Of a stretch of DNA of 64,000 nucleotides, positions 8,991 through 17,503 are shown piece by piece. Made by a program: the position numbers and the translations under genes. The stretch spans positions 9,343 through 73,342 of the forward strand of contig QJWC01000081.1 of assembly GCA_003235475.1 (NCBI GenBank). The letters are read 5' to 3'. The notes below the pieces were generated by a model. That model had not been told where the DNA came from and did no database searches. It worked only from the letters and a program-made list of their open reading frames with translations. The stretch comes from Acidimicrobiia bacterium (GTDB lineage: Bacteria > Actinomycetota > Acidimicrobiia > Spongiisociales > UBA5794). Numbering within the stretch: position 1 is the stretch's first letter; each line of letters opens with the position of its first letter.

Positions 8991-10024
8991 CTGTACTGCT
9001 CCAGGATCCGAAGATCCGGGTCGGCGAGGGCACGGAGATCTGTTATGCCGTGGCGGACCATCGCCATGCGCTCTGCGCCCATGCCGAACGCGAAGCCCGT
9101 GTACACATCGGGGTCGTATCCCACCTGTTCGAACACTGCCGGGTTCACCATGCCGCAACCGAGGAGCTCGATCCACTGGCCCTTCGTATAGGCGTGCATC
9201 TCAGCCGAAGGCTCGGTGAACGGGAAGTAATGCGGTATGAACTTGACCTCGGTGTCCCTACCGAAGAACTCTTTGGCGAAGTGCGCGAGGGTGCCCTTGA
9301 GGTCGGCGAATGTGATGGACCCGTCGACGGCGAGACCCTCGATCTGGTGGAACACCGGAAGGTGCGTGGCGTCGATCTCGTCGGCGCGGAACACCTTTCC
9401 AGGGACGACGACGTAAACGGGAGGCTCGTGCGTCTCCATGTACCGCGCCTGCATGGGGGAAGTGTGCGTCCTGAGGAGGACCTCTTCGTCGCCGGTGCCT
9501 TCGCCGTAGTCGAGATACAGCGTGTCGCTCTCGTGCCGCGAAGGGTGCGTCTCCGGGATGTTCAGCGCTGTGAAGTTGTAGAAGCCGGTCTCTGCCTCTG
9601 GACCGTCGGCGACGGTGTATCCCAGGCTGACGAATATGTCGACGATCTCGTCGATCGTCGATTGCACGAGATGCGATGTCCCCCGTCGTACCGGCCTTCC
9701 GGGCAGGGTCACATCGACGCGATCAGCGGCGAGGGCTTCTCGCTCCTCGATCGCAGCGAGCGTGGCTCGCCGGGCGTCGATCGCTGCGCTGACCTCCGTT
9801 GCCAGGTCATTGATGGCCTTCCCCTGATCACGGCGTTCATCTGCGTCCTCGATCGTCCCGAGCCCACGGCGGGCCGCGCCAATCGGCGAGTTCCGGCCGA
9901 CGAGCTCGGCTTCGAGAGCATCGAGTTCCGCGATCGAGGCCACAGCTTCGATGCGCGCGCCCGCGGTCGAGCGGAGGCTTTCAAGGGGTTCCATCGGGTC
10001 TGAGAGGTTAGCGGTTGGCATCAT
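8987..10024 (-). CDS. pheS: Phenylalanine--tRNA ligase alpha subunit
   Basis: HPSR..DTLY, LLRTHTSPMQ, FHQIEG, YFPFTEPS, FAFGMGAER; GGAG RBS. Confidence 0.97.
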   Translation of the reverse strand: MMPTANLSDPMEPLESLRSTAGARIEAVASIAELDALEAELVGRNSPIGAARRGLGTIEDADERRDQGKAINDLATEVSAAIDARRATLAAIEEREALAADRVDVTLPGRPVRRGTSHLVQSTIDEIVDIFVSLGYTVADGPEAETGFYNFTALNIPETHPSRHESDTLYLDYGEGTGDEEVLLRTHTSPMQARYMETHEPPVYVVVPGKVFRADEIDATHLPVFHQIEGLAVDGSITFADLKGTLAHFAKEFFGRDTEVKFIPHYFPFTEPSAEMHAYTKGQWIELLGCGMVNPAVFEQVGYDPDVYTGFAFGMGAERMAMVRHGITDLRALADPDLRILEQYR

Positions 10025-10066
10025 CGGTTCGTCTCCACGTCAGGTTGGGAGGACGTCCCGGAATAC

Positions 10067-10100
10067 AAAAGACCCGGGACGGTTCCCGGGTCGGTCTTTT
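10067..10100 (-). terminator. Intrinsic terminator (attenuator) upstream of pheS
   Basis: Minus strand AAAAGACC-GACCCGGGA-ACCG-TCCCGGGTC-TTTTGTATT: 9-bp stem followed by U tract. Confidence 0.8.
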
Positions 10101-10116
10101 CGGCGTCGTATGCGCG

Positions 10117-10176
10117 TCAGCGTTCCCGGGCGGCTCCGCCCGTAAAGGACACGCTCGTAAATCGTGTGTCGACCAT
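10117..10176 (-). CDS. Putative pheST leader peptide MVDTRFTSVSFTGGAARER
   Basis: ATG 6 nt below a TACGCT -10; two TTT Phe codons; stop lies just before the terminator; too short for the ORF track. Confidence 0.65.
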   Translation of the reverse strand: MVDTRFTSVSFTGGAARER

Positions 10177-10182
10177 GTCGGC

Positions 10183-10210
10183 AGCGTATCAGAACTCAGC
10201 GGCGTGACAA
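10183..10210 (-). promoter_or_regulatory. SigA-type promoter of the pheST leader
   Basis: TTGTCA (10205-10210), 16-nt spacer, TACGCT (10183-10188). Confidence 0.6.
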
Positions 10211-10211
10211 G

Positions 10212-10940
10212 TCACGAAAGGGCATACATGCCGATCGCTGCTGCCGCGGCGGCATTGAAGCTTTCGACGCCGTCCGCCATGGCAATCGTCCACAGGAGTT
10301 CTGCATCGTCGCGGATGGCGGACGGCAGGCCACGTGCCTCCGAGCCGATGATCAACATCGCGGGTGCTCCCGCCAGGTCAACTGCCTCGTCCCCATCGAG
10401 CACCATCGCGACAGAAGTGAGATCGTTCGCAGAGGCGTCAGCGATCGGATCGATCCCCCTCGAGATCGCCGCCCGAAATACGGTACCGGCTGATGCCCTG
10501 ATCGCCTTTGGACTCCAAGGGTCGGCCGTCGACCCATACACCGCAACTGCCCAGCCGAGCGCGGTGGCCGTGCGCACGACCGTGCCAACGTTGCCCGGAT
10601 CCGCAACGTCCACCAACGCCACCGTGTTCGCAAACCCCATGGGTCGAAACGAGGGCGTCTCGATCACCATCACAGGGCCGACCGGGGATTCAACGTCCGA
10701 CATCGCCCGAAGCACGTGGTCGCTCACCGGAGTGAACGCAACGCCAGCGACGCGGCAGTACTCCATCGCACCGTCATCGTCGGGGAGCCCGAACACTGAG
10801 GTGGGCACGAGATGAGAACGACGCAACGCTTCGAGGCCGTTCTCCCCCTCGACCAGCGTCCGCCCCGCGTCCCGCCTCCCTTTGGGCGTGTGGAGGCGCT
10901 TGACGGCCCTCACCTGGTCGTTGGAGGTGGACGTGATCAT
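10212..10940 (-). CDS. TrmH/SpoU family RNA methyltransferase
   Basis: MITSTSN start, DPGNVGTVVRTA, KAIRASAG, IGSEARGL, ESFNAA; start could be 10949. Confidence 0.9.
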   Translation of the reverse strand: MITSTSNDQVRAVKRLHTPKGRRDAGRTLVEGENGLEALRRSHLVPTSVFGLPDDDGAMEYCRVAGVAFTPVSDHVLRAMSDVESPVGPVMVIETPSFRPMGFANTVALVDVADPGNVGTVVRTATALGWAVAVYGSTADPWSPKAIRASAGTVFRAAISRGIDPIADASANDLTSVAMVLDGDEAVDLAGAPAMLIIGSEARGLPSAIRDDAELLWTIAMADGVESFNAAAAAAIGMYALS

Positions 10941-10965
10941 CGATGCCATCGTACGTGCCGTGAAC

Positions 10966-10991
10966 GAAGAAGAGGGCCCTCGCGGGCCCCC
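10966..10991 (-). terminator. Terminator after rplT
   Basis: Minus strand GGGGGCCC-GCGA-GGGCCCTC then TTCTTC. Confidence 0.6.
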
Positions 10992-11013
10992 AACCTCGTA
11001 CCGTCGGCCTTGT

Positions 11014-11373
11014 CTACTCGACCGCTGCGCTGTTCGCGACCTCGACGAGCGCCGCAAACGCCTCGGGATCGCTCACCGCCATCTCTGCGAGCATCTTGCG
11101 ATCGACGTCGACGTCGGCCGCCTTGAGACCTGCCATGAACCTTGAGTACGTCGTCCCGTTGACACGCGCCGCGGCGTTGATCCTCTGGATCCACAGACGC
11201 CTGAACTGGCCCTTGCGGGCTCGACGGTGGTCGTACGAGTCCTGCATCGCATGCATGACCTGTTCCCGGCCGGTGCGGTAACGACGGCTCCGAGCCCCGG
11301 TATAACCGGAGGCGCGGTCCATGACCTTCTTGCGCTTCTTCCGTGCGTTCACGGATCGTTTGACGCGAGCCAT
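11014..11373 (-). CDS. rplT: 50S ribosomal protein L20
   Basis: [24 protein letters not shown]. Confidence 0.98.
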   Translation of the reverse strand: MARVKRSVNARKKRKKVMDRASGYTGARSRRYRTGREQVMHAMQDSYDHRRARKGQFRRLWIQRINAAARVNGTTYSRFMAGLKAADVDVDRKMLAEMAVSDPEAFAALVEVANSAAVE

Positions 11374-11382
11374 GTCGTCCTC

Positions 11383-11577
11383 CTAGTTGTTCAGCATGCG
11401 GTCGACGCGCTTGGCGTCGCCACCACTGAGCGTTCCGGTGCCCTTGACGCGGCGCCAACGCGAGGCGTTCTTCTTGTGACGGTTGTGCCCGCGCCAGGCC
11501 TTCCGGTGTCTGATCTTTCCACTACCTGACCGCTTGAAGCGCTTCGCAGCGCCCTTGTGGGTCTTCATCTTCGGCAC
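11383..11577 (-). CDS. rpmI: 50S ribosomal protein L35
   Basis: MPKMKTHKGAAKRF. Confidence 0.97.
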   Translation of the reverse strand: MPKMKTHKGAAKRFKRSGSGKIRHRKAWRGHNRHKKNASRWRRVKGTGTLSGGDAKRVDRMLNN

Positions 11578-11607
11578 AGCAATCTCCTGTCCGGGCGATG
11601 CGGCGAG

Positions 11608-12192
11608 CTATTCCTCGCTGTCATCACCGTATTCGACGTCCTCGTCTTCGATGAGGTCGTCGTCAATGTCGTCTCCGACAGGCATGTCCTTGGACGGAAC
11701 GAGGACCATGGTCATGTTCCGTCCCTCGAGTTTCGGCGTCGCCTCCATCACGGCATACGGCTCGACTTCGTCGAACAGCCGATCGAGGATCGCCCTTCCG
11801 AGTTCCGGGTGGGCAACCTCACGGCCCCTGAAGCGCATCGAGCACTTGACCTTGTCACCGGCCCGAAGGAACTTGATGACCCGCTTCTTCTTGACATCGA
11901 AGTCGCTCTTCCCGATCTTGGGACGGAACTGCACTTCCTTGATGACCGTGCGGATCTGGTTCTTTCGCGCCTCTCTGGCCTTGACGGACTGGTCGTACTT
12001 GTACTTCCCGTAATCCATCATTCGCACGACGGGCGGTCGTGCATCTGGGGCGACCTCTACGAGGTCCAATCCGAGCTGTGCGGCAAGCCATCGCGCTTCG
12101 TCGATGTCCTTCTCGCCGATCTGCGCACCGTCCGGTGCGATCAGGCGAACGCGCTTGACTCGGATTCGTTCGTTTACCCGTGGCTCCGCGAT
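11608..12192 (-). CDS. infC: Translation initiation factor IF-3, probable ATC start
   Basis: RVNERIR, LDLVEVAP, MDYGKYKY, FRGRE; AGGAGG 7 nt before ATC at 12192. Confidence 0.95.
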   Translation of the reverse strand: MAEPRVNERIRVKRVRLIAPDGAQIGEKDIDEARWLAAQLGLDLVEVAPDARPPVVRMMDYGKYKYDQSVKAREARKNQIRTVIKEVQFRPKIGKSDFDVKKKRVIKFLRAGDKVKCSMRFRGREVAHPELGRAILDRLFDEVEPYAVMEATPKLEGRNMTMVLVPSKDMPVGDDIDDDLIEDEDVEYGDDSEE

Positions 12193-12227
12193 GGGAGTAC
12201 CTCCTGGTTCGTGGACTGCTCTCGGAT

Positions 12228-12335
12228 GTGCGCCCACCGCGACGAATGGCGACGTGTCGCCACCAGGAGTCGTAACCCGCCGCATCTTGGAGCGATGGAC
12301 AGGTGGGAAGCGGGCGCCTCCTCTTTCCTTATCGA
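12228..12335 (-). ncRNA. L20-leader-like cis-regulatory RNA
   Basis: GGAGGCGCCCGCTTCCCACCTG with downstream GTGGGCGC complement, in the 5' UTR of infC-rpmI-rplT; extended -10 TGGTACCCT at 12342-12350. Confidence 0.55.
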
Positions 12336-12384
12336 GGGATGAGGGTACCACGGTGCATCGGTGATTGGCACAGTCGGAACGTGT

Positions 12385-12849
12385 CTATTCGAGAGCCTGG
12401 AGCGCCCTCGCGGCCATCACCGCGGCGATTGCCGCCTCGCGACCCTTGTTCTCCGGCCCCGGCTTGGACCGCACGATCGCATCTTCGACGTTCCGCACCG
12501 TGAGGATGCCGAAGGCAACGGGAACGCCGGTGTCGAGCTGCACGCGCATGAGTCCCTCGGACGCGCGATGTGCAACGTGTTCGTAGTGGTCCGTATCTCC
12601 CTCGATCACGGCACCCAGGCAAACGACGGCGTCGTAGCCCTGCCCAGCAAGCCGTTGCGCGAGGAGCGGAAGCTCGAAAGCGCCGGGTGCTTCCACGACG
12701 AGCACTTCCTCGGCGTTTGCCTCCTCGAGGTAGTCACGGGCTCCATCCATGAGGCCGCTGGTGATCGGCGAGTTGAAGATCGCTGTCACGATGGCGATGC
12801 GAAGCCCGTCGGCGCTGAGATCGCGTGGATCGGCGGGGTCGACGCGCAT
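12385..12849 (-). CDS. ribH: 6,7-dimethyl-8-ribityllumazine synthase
   Basis: PGAFELP, GAVIEGDTDHYE, PVAFGILT, NKGREAA. Confidence 0.96.
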   Translation of the reverse strand: MRVDPADPRDLSADGLRIAIVTAIFNSPITSGLMDGARDYLEEANAEEVLVVEAPGAFELPLLAQRLAGQGYDAVVCLGAVIEGDTDHYEHVAHRASEGLMRVQLDTGVPVAFGILTVRNVEDAIVRSKPGPENKGREAAIAAVMAARALQALE

Positions 12850-14060
12850 CAGCTGCCCACCTGCGAGGCGATGTGGCCCATCTTCGTCTCCTTGGTACGC
12901 AGGTACTGCGCGTTCTGCGGTGTTGCACCGACCCACAGCGGCACACGGTCGTCCACCTTGATGCCATATCGCTCGAGCTGGGCGATCTTGTCGGGATTGT
13001 TGGTCATCAGCCGCACGCTCTCGACGCCGAGGTCGTGAAGGATCTGGGCGTCGACGCCCCAGTGACGCTTGTCGTTCGCATGGCCGATCTGGCGATTCGC
13101 CTCGACAGTGTCGAGGCCCTGCTCCTGGAGGCTGTACGCAGCGATCTTGTCGAGGATGCCGATACCCCGGCCCTCGTGCGAGGTGTTGTACACGATGACG
13201 CCCCGCCCTTCGTCAGCAATGCGCCTCATCGCCTCGTCGAGTTGGGCCCCGCAATCGCAGCGGATCGACCCGAACGCGTCTCCTGTGAGGCAGACGCTGT
13301 GCACCCGCGCGAGCGCGCCTGTCGCACCATCGAGGTCGCCCTTCGTCAAAGCGACATGTGCCGTTCCGTCGGTTTCGTTCCGATAGCCGACGATGCGGAA
13401 CTCGCCGTGGTTCGTCGGAAGCGTCGCCTCCGACACCCGCTGGACGAACTGCTCCGTCCGCCAGCGATGCGCCACGAGATCCCCGATGGTGATCATCGGG
13501 ATCCCGTGTTCCGTGGAGAAGGCCTCCAGCGCATCCCCTCTGGCCATGGAACCGTCGTCGTTGACGATCTCACAGAGCGCTCCAGCGGGTGTGAGCCCTG
13601 CGAGCACCGCGAGGTCAACTGCCGCCTCTGTATGGCCGGGGCGGATGAGGACGCCCCCATCGTGGTACCTCAACGGGAAGATGTGTCCCGGCCTGCGCAG
13701 GTCGGCTGCACGCGTCTGCTTGTCAACGAGCACCTGGATCGTGTGCGCGCGGTCAGCTGCAGAAATCCCCGTCGTCACATTGCTCACCGCGTCCACCGAG
13801 ATGGTGAACGCTGTGCCGAAAGCGTCGGTGTTGTCGACCACCATCATCGGGATATCGAGCTCGTCGAGGCGTTCGCCGGTCATGGCGAGACAGATGAGAC
13901 CCGACGTGTGACGCACCATGAAGGCGATCTTCTCTGGCGTGACCGCTTCGGCTGCGATGATGAGGTCCCCCTCGTTCTCCCTTGCCTCATCGTCAGCGAC
14001 GATGACGAAGTCACCGTTTGCGAAGGCTTCAAGAGCTGATTGGAAGTCGCCGCTGGTCAT
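12849..14060 (-). CDS. ribBA: Bifunctional DHBP synthase / GTP cyclohydrolase II
   Basis: DDEARENEGD, RPGHIFPL, GHTEA; RVHSVCLTGD..CDC, EGRGIG, MTNNPDK. Confidence 0.96.
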   Translation of the reverse strand: MTSGDFQSALEAFANGDFVIVADDEARENEGDLIIAAEAVTPEKIAFMVRHTSGLICLAMTGERLDELDIPMMVVDNTDAFGTAFTISVDAVSNVTTGISAADRAHTIQVLVDKQTRAADLRRPGHIFPLRYHDGGVLIRPGHTEAAVDLAVLAGLTPAGALCEIVNDDGSMARGDALEAFSTEHGIPMITIGDLVAHRWRTEQFVQRVSEATLPTNHGEFRIVGYRNETDGTAHVALTKGDLDGATGALARVHSVCLTGDAFGSIRCDCGAQLDEAMRRIADEGRGVIVYNTSHEGRGIGILDKIAAYSLQEQGLDTVEANRQIGHANDKRHWGVDAQILHDLGVESVRLMTNNPDKIAQLERYGIKVDDRVPLWVGATPQNAQYLRTKETKMGHIASQVGS

Positions 14061-14665
14061 CCGCGACCTCCGATCATTCTCTCCACGTACTTCGCGATCG
14101 GGTCGATCTCGAGGTTGACGTACGACCCGACGTCGACCTTCCCCAACGAGGTCACATCGAGGGTGTGGGGAATGACGGCGACCTCGAACCAGCCCGCGCT
14201 CACGTCCCGACCCGACAGCGCGGTGACCGTGAGGCTCACGCCGTCCACGGTGATCGACCCCTTCTCGACCACGAAGCGTGAAAGATCGTCCGGAAGGGTG
14301 AAACGGAGTCGTACCGAGCCTTCGTCGGGCGTCACCGCGGTGACCTCTGCAACGGCGTCGACGTGGCCCTGGACGATGTGGCCGTCGAGCCTCCCATCGG
14401 CCTTCAGCGGTCGCTCGAGGTTGACGAGATCCCCGACGTCGAGCGTCCCGAGTGTGGTCCGCATCATCGTCTCAGGTATCGCCTCCACCGCGAATCGGTC
14501 AGACGACACGTCGACAGCGGTGAGACACGCACCGTTCACCGCGACCGAGTCCCCGACGTCGAGCGTGGCTGTGGTGGCCGGAGCGAGGATCTCGAGCCTC
14601 ACAACGCCGTCCGCAGCCGTCAGGGCCTCGACCCTTCCCCGGTCGGTCACGATGCCGGTGAACAT
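14057..14665 (-). CDS. ribE: Riboflavin synthase
   Basis: MFTGIV, SVAVNGACLT, NLER, GHIVQGHVD, KGSITVDGVSLT. Confidence 0.96.
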   Translation of the reverse strand: MFTGIVTDRGRVEALTAADGVVRLEILAPATTATLDVGDSVAVNGACLTAVDVSSDRFAVEAIPETMMRTTLGTLDVGDLVNLERPLKADGRLDGHIVQGHVDAVAEVTAVTPDEGSVRLRFTLPDDLSRFVVEKGSITVDGVSLTVTALSGRDVSAGWFEVAVIPHTLDVTSLGKVDVGSYVNLEIDPIAKYVERMIGGRG

Positions 14666-14667
14666 CG

Positions 14668-15702
14668 CTACCGCTCCCCCACGGTCGCGGTGATCCGCAG
14701 GTCGTTCCCGAGTCGCTCGACATCCTCGATGCTGATCCGTATCGCGCTGCCGATCGTGTCGAACACGCCCGCTACGGCCGGGTATCCGGTGCCTCCTGCA
14801 AGTTTGCCTCCGACATACCAGACCAGGCGATCGACGGCTTTCGCGTCAACGAACGCACGGGCAATCGTCGGGCCCGCCTCGACAAGCACCGACAGGACCC
14901 CATGCCGCGGGAGATCCGTGAGCACGTCCTCGACATCGGGAACAGAGGACGAGTGGTAGACGATCGGATCGCGTTCGAGGATGCGAGCCTCCTTCGGCAG
15001 CTCACGGCGCCCTGCCAGCACGACCGGTCTCGGCTGCGGCCCTCGGTATCCATCCAAGCGAACAGTGAGTTCAGGGTCGTCTGCGATCACCGTGCCAGAG
15101 CCGACAAGGACCGCATCGTGCGCCGCTCGGAGGCGGTGGACATCCTCCCTTGCCTCCTCCCCTGTGATCCAGCGCGAGGTCCCGTCGGCGGCAGCCGTCT
15201 GGCCATCGAGCGTGGACGCGACCTTCAGGGTCACCAGGGCCCGACCCGTCCTGCGGTGGTGGAAGTACGACGGATCGTTTGCCTCGACCTCATCGGCGAG
15301 GTGCCCGACGCTGACCGATACCCCGGCTTCCTTCAAACGATCGATGCCTCGGCCCGACACCCGAGCGTCTGGATCGGTGACACCGACGATGACGTTGCGG
15401 ATGCCCGCGGCGATGATCGCCTCCGTACACGGGGGCGTGCTTCCGACGTGGTTGCATGGTTCGAGCGTGACCACCATCGTGTGGTCGTGATACGTGTCGC
15501 CACCGATGGCGAGCGGTTCGGCGTGCGGCTCGCCCTTCCGAGCGTGGGCGCCGATCGACACGACGTTGCCAGAGGCATCGAGGATGACCGCACCGACACG
15601 CGGATTCGGATGCGGGTATGTGCCAGCCGTCGCGGCAATGGCACGCCGCATCGCGTCATCCACGTCGATGCGGTCGAGCACGTTGTCGACCGCGTGACGC
15701 AT
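14668..15702 (-). CDS. ribD: Riboflavin biosynthesis deaminase/reductase
   Basis: PNPRVGA, HAE, TLEPCNH..TPPC, STLDG, SRWIT, DDPELT. Confidence 0.95.
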   Translation of the reverse strand: MRHAVDNVLDRIDVDDAMRRAIAATAGTYPHPNPRVGAVILDASGNVVSIGAHARKGEPHAEPLAIGGDTYHDHTMVVTLEPCNHVGSTPPCTEAIIAAGIRNVIVGVTDPDARVSGRGIDRLKEAGVSVSVGHLADEVEANDPSYFHHRRTGRALVTLKVASTLDGQTAAADGTSRWITGEEAREDVHRLRAAHDAVLVGSGTVIADDPELTVRLDGYRGPQPRPVVLAGRRELPKEARILERDPIVYHSSSVPDVEDVLTDLPRHGVLSVLVEAGPTIARAFVDAKAVDRLVWYVGGKLAGGTGYPAVAGVFDTIGSAIRISIEDVERLGNDLRITATVGER

Positions 15703-15710
15703 TCGCGTCC

Positions 15711-15828
15711 CCTTTCTCCCATCCGGACTGTCACCGTCGGCACCGGGATATCACCGGTTCAGCCCCGTTCGCACGGGGGTCGCGGGCTTTCACCGCCGGT
15801 CGGGAATTACACCCTGCCCTGAAAGAGG
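15711..15828 (-). ncRNA. FMN riboswitch (RFN element)
   Basis: Minus strand AGGGCAGGGTGTAATTCCCGACCGGCGGTGAAAGCCCGCGA...CCGACGGTGACAGTCCGGATGGGAG directly before ribD. Confidence 0.95.
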
Positions 15829-15861
15829 TATGGGAGGGATGCTAGGGCACGGGAGCGGGCT

Positions 15862-16788
15862 TCAGCCCCGTCGGTCCACCTGGTAGTTGGTGCCAGGGGT
15901 TCGCTTCGCGACTTCCTTCATCTCGGAGGCCACCGAGGACGCCTCCCACTCGGATGACAGCTTGCGCTTCTGCGATGACACCACGCCCATCGAAAGGGAG
16001 CAGATCGGGAACGCGTGCCGCTCTCCTCTTCGATCCGTCACCTCGATGTACCCCTGGAGGGCATCGGCCGTGTCATAGAAATCGAGGATCCCGTCGTCGA
16101 ACCTCGACACGACGTCCTGACAGAACGCCTCCATGTTGTCTGCCGAGACGATTGCGACGTAGTCGTCCCCCCCGACGTGGCCGACGAAGCCGTAGGGATC
16201 CTGCGCTCTCTCAGCGGCGTCGAGGAGCACCTTGGCCGTGAACTTGATCACGCTGTCGCCGCGCAAGAAGCCGTAGTGGTCGTTGAAGGCCTTGAAGTTG
16301 TCGAGGTCAGCGTGGATCACCGCGATGTCGCTCCCTTCGGCAATGCACTCCTCGAGCTTCGCCGTGATCCTGAAGTTGCCCGGGAGACCCGTGAGCGGCG
16401 AGAGGTCGCGCATCTGCTGCGAGCGGCGCAGGACCGTTCGAACCCTCGCAATCAGCTCCTCGAGATCGAAGGGTTTGGTGATGTAGTCGTCAGCACCCAG
16501 ATCGAGGCCCTTCACACGATCCTCGGCCAGGCTTCTCGCCGTGAGGACGATGACAGGTATCGAAGACGTCGACGGGTCGTTCCGAAGGCGACGGAGCACG
16601 GTGAGGCCGTCGATTTCCGGCATCATGATGTCGAGGAGCATCAGGTCCGGGGGCGTTGCCGCCGCCTGCTCCAGCGCCTGCTTGCCGCCGCCTGCCAGGT
16701 CGACCTCGAAGCCATCGAGCTCGAGGTTGAGGCGTACGAACTGAAGAATGTCCGGATCGTCGTCGACGACGAGTATGCGTTCGCTCAT
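15862..16788 (-). CDS. Response regulator receiver + GGDEF domain protein
   Basis: ILVVDDD, LLDIMMP, ADDYITKPF; PLTGLPGN, DLDNFKAFNDHYG..GD, GGDDY. Confidence 0.9.
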   Translation of the reverse strand: MSERILVVDDDPDILQFVRLNLELDGFEVDLAGGGKQALEQAAATPPDLMLLDIMMPEIDGLTVLRRLRNDPSTSSIPVIVLTARSLAEDRVKGLDLGADDYITKPFDLEELIARVRTVLRRSQQMRDLSPLTGLPGNFRITAKLEECIAEGSDIAVIHADLDNFKAFNDHYGFLRGDSVIKFTAKVLLDAAERAQDPYGFVGHVGGDDYVAIVSADNMEAFCQDVVSRFDDGILDFYDTADALQGYIEVTDRRGERHAFPICSLSMGVVSSQKRKLSSEWEASSVASEMKEVAKRTPGTNYQVDRRG

Positions 16789-17459
16789 TGGGTGCTTCCG
16801 TGGTCCATCGTGCTCCGCAACTCCCCTATTGCTGTGACGGGATCCGCGGCTCCGAAGATCGCGGTCCCTGCCACGAGAATGTCGGCACCTGCCGATCGTG
16901 CGGCCGCGACGGTTCGAAGGTCGACCCCGCCGTCGACCTGTATATCGGCCGACAGCGCCGCAGAATCAATCGATTCTCTCAGTGCTGCGATCTTGTCGAC
17001 CGCGCCCTCGATGAACGACTGCCCGCCGAAACCTGGCTGAACGCTCATCACGAGCACCAAGTCGACCCGGTCGAGGTACGGCGTGACGGCCTCGACAGGG
17101 GTGGATGGGTTGAGTGCGATTCCTTTCGTCAGCCCCAACCTCTCGGCCTCGCGCAGGAACGGGTCCGGACTCGGGACAGCCTCGATGTGGGCCGTCACAC
17201 CGTCCGCTCCCGCGCTCTTCAGGGATTCGAGGTAGCGCACAGGGTCCGTGATCATCAGGTGGCAATCGAGATGCAGGGACGTCGAAGCCCGCAGCGAGGC
17301 GATCACTGGCGGGCCGAGGCTGATGTTGGGCACGAAATGCCCGTCCATCACGTCGACGTGGAGGGAGTCGACCTCCGTCTCGATAAGGGCGACCGCCTCC
17401 CCGAGTGAGGCGAAGTCAGCTGCAAGAATGGATGGGGCGATTCGCGCCGCGGCTCTCAT
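16785..17459 (-). CDS. rpe: Ribulose-phosphate 3-epimerase
   Basis: IAPSILAADF, HVDVMDGHFVPN, MSVQPGFGGQ, VDGG. Confidence 0.97.
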   Translation of the reverse strand: MRAAARIAPSILAADFASLGEAVALIETEVDSLHVDVMDGHFVPNISLGPPVIASLRASTSLHLDCHLMITDPVRYLESLKSAGADGVTAHIEAVPSPDPFLREAERLGLTKGIALNPSTPVEAVTPYLDRVDLVLVMSVQPGFGGQSFIEGAVDKIAALRESIDSAALSADIQVDGGVDLRTVAAARSAGADILVAGTAIFGAADPVTAIGELRSTMDHGSTQ

Positions 17460-17503
17460 CGGCAGCGAGTGTACGACCCCAACGGGGACCAGAGGAGGAA
17501 CGA

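Noticed and set aside
10025..10210. T-box riboswitch upstream of pheS
   Set aside because: No T-box consensus (GGTGGNACCGCG) or stem I motifs seen; a leader-peptide model fits better
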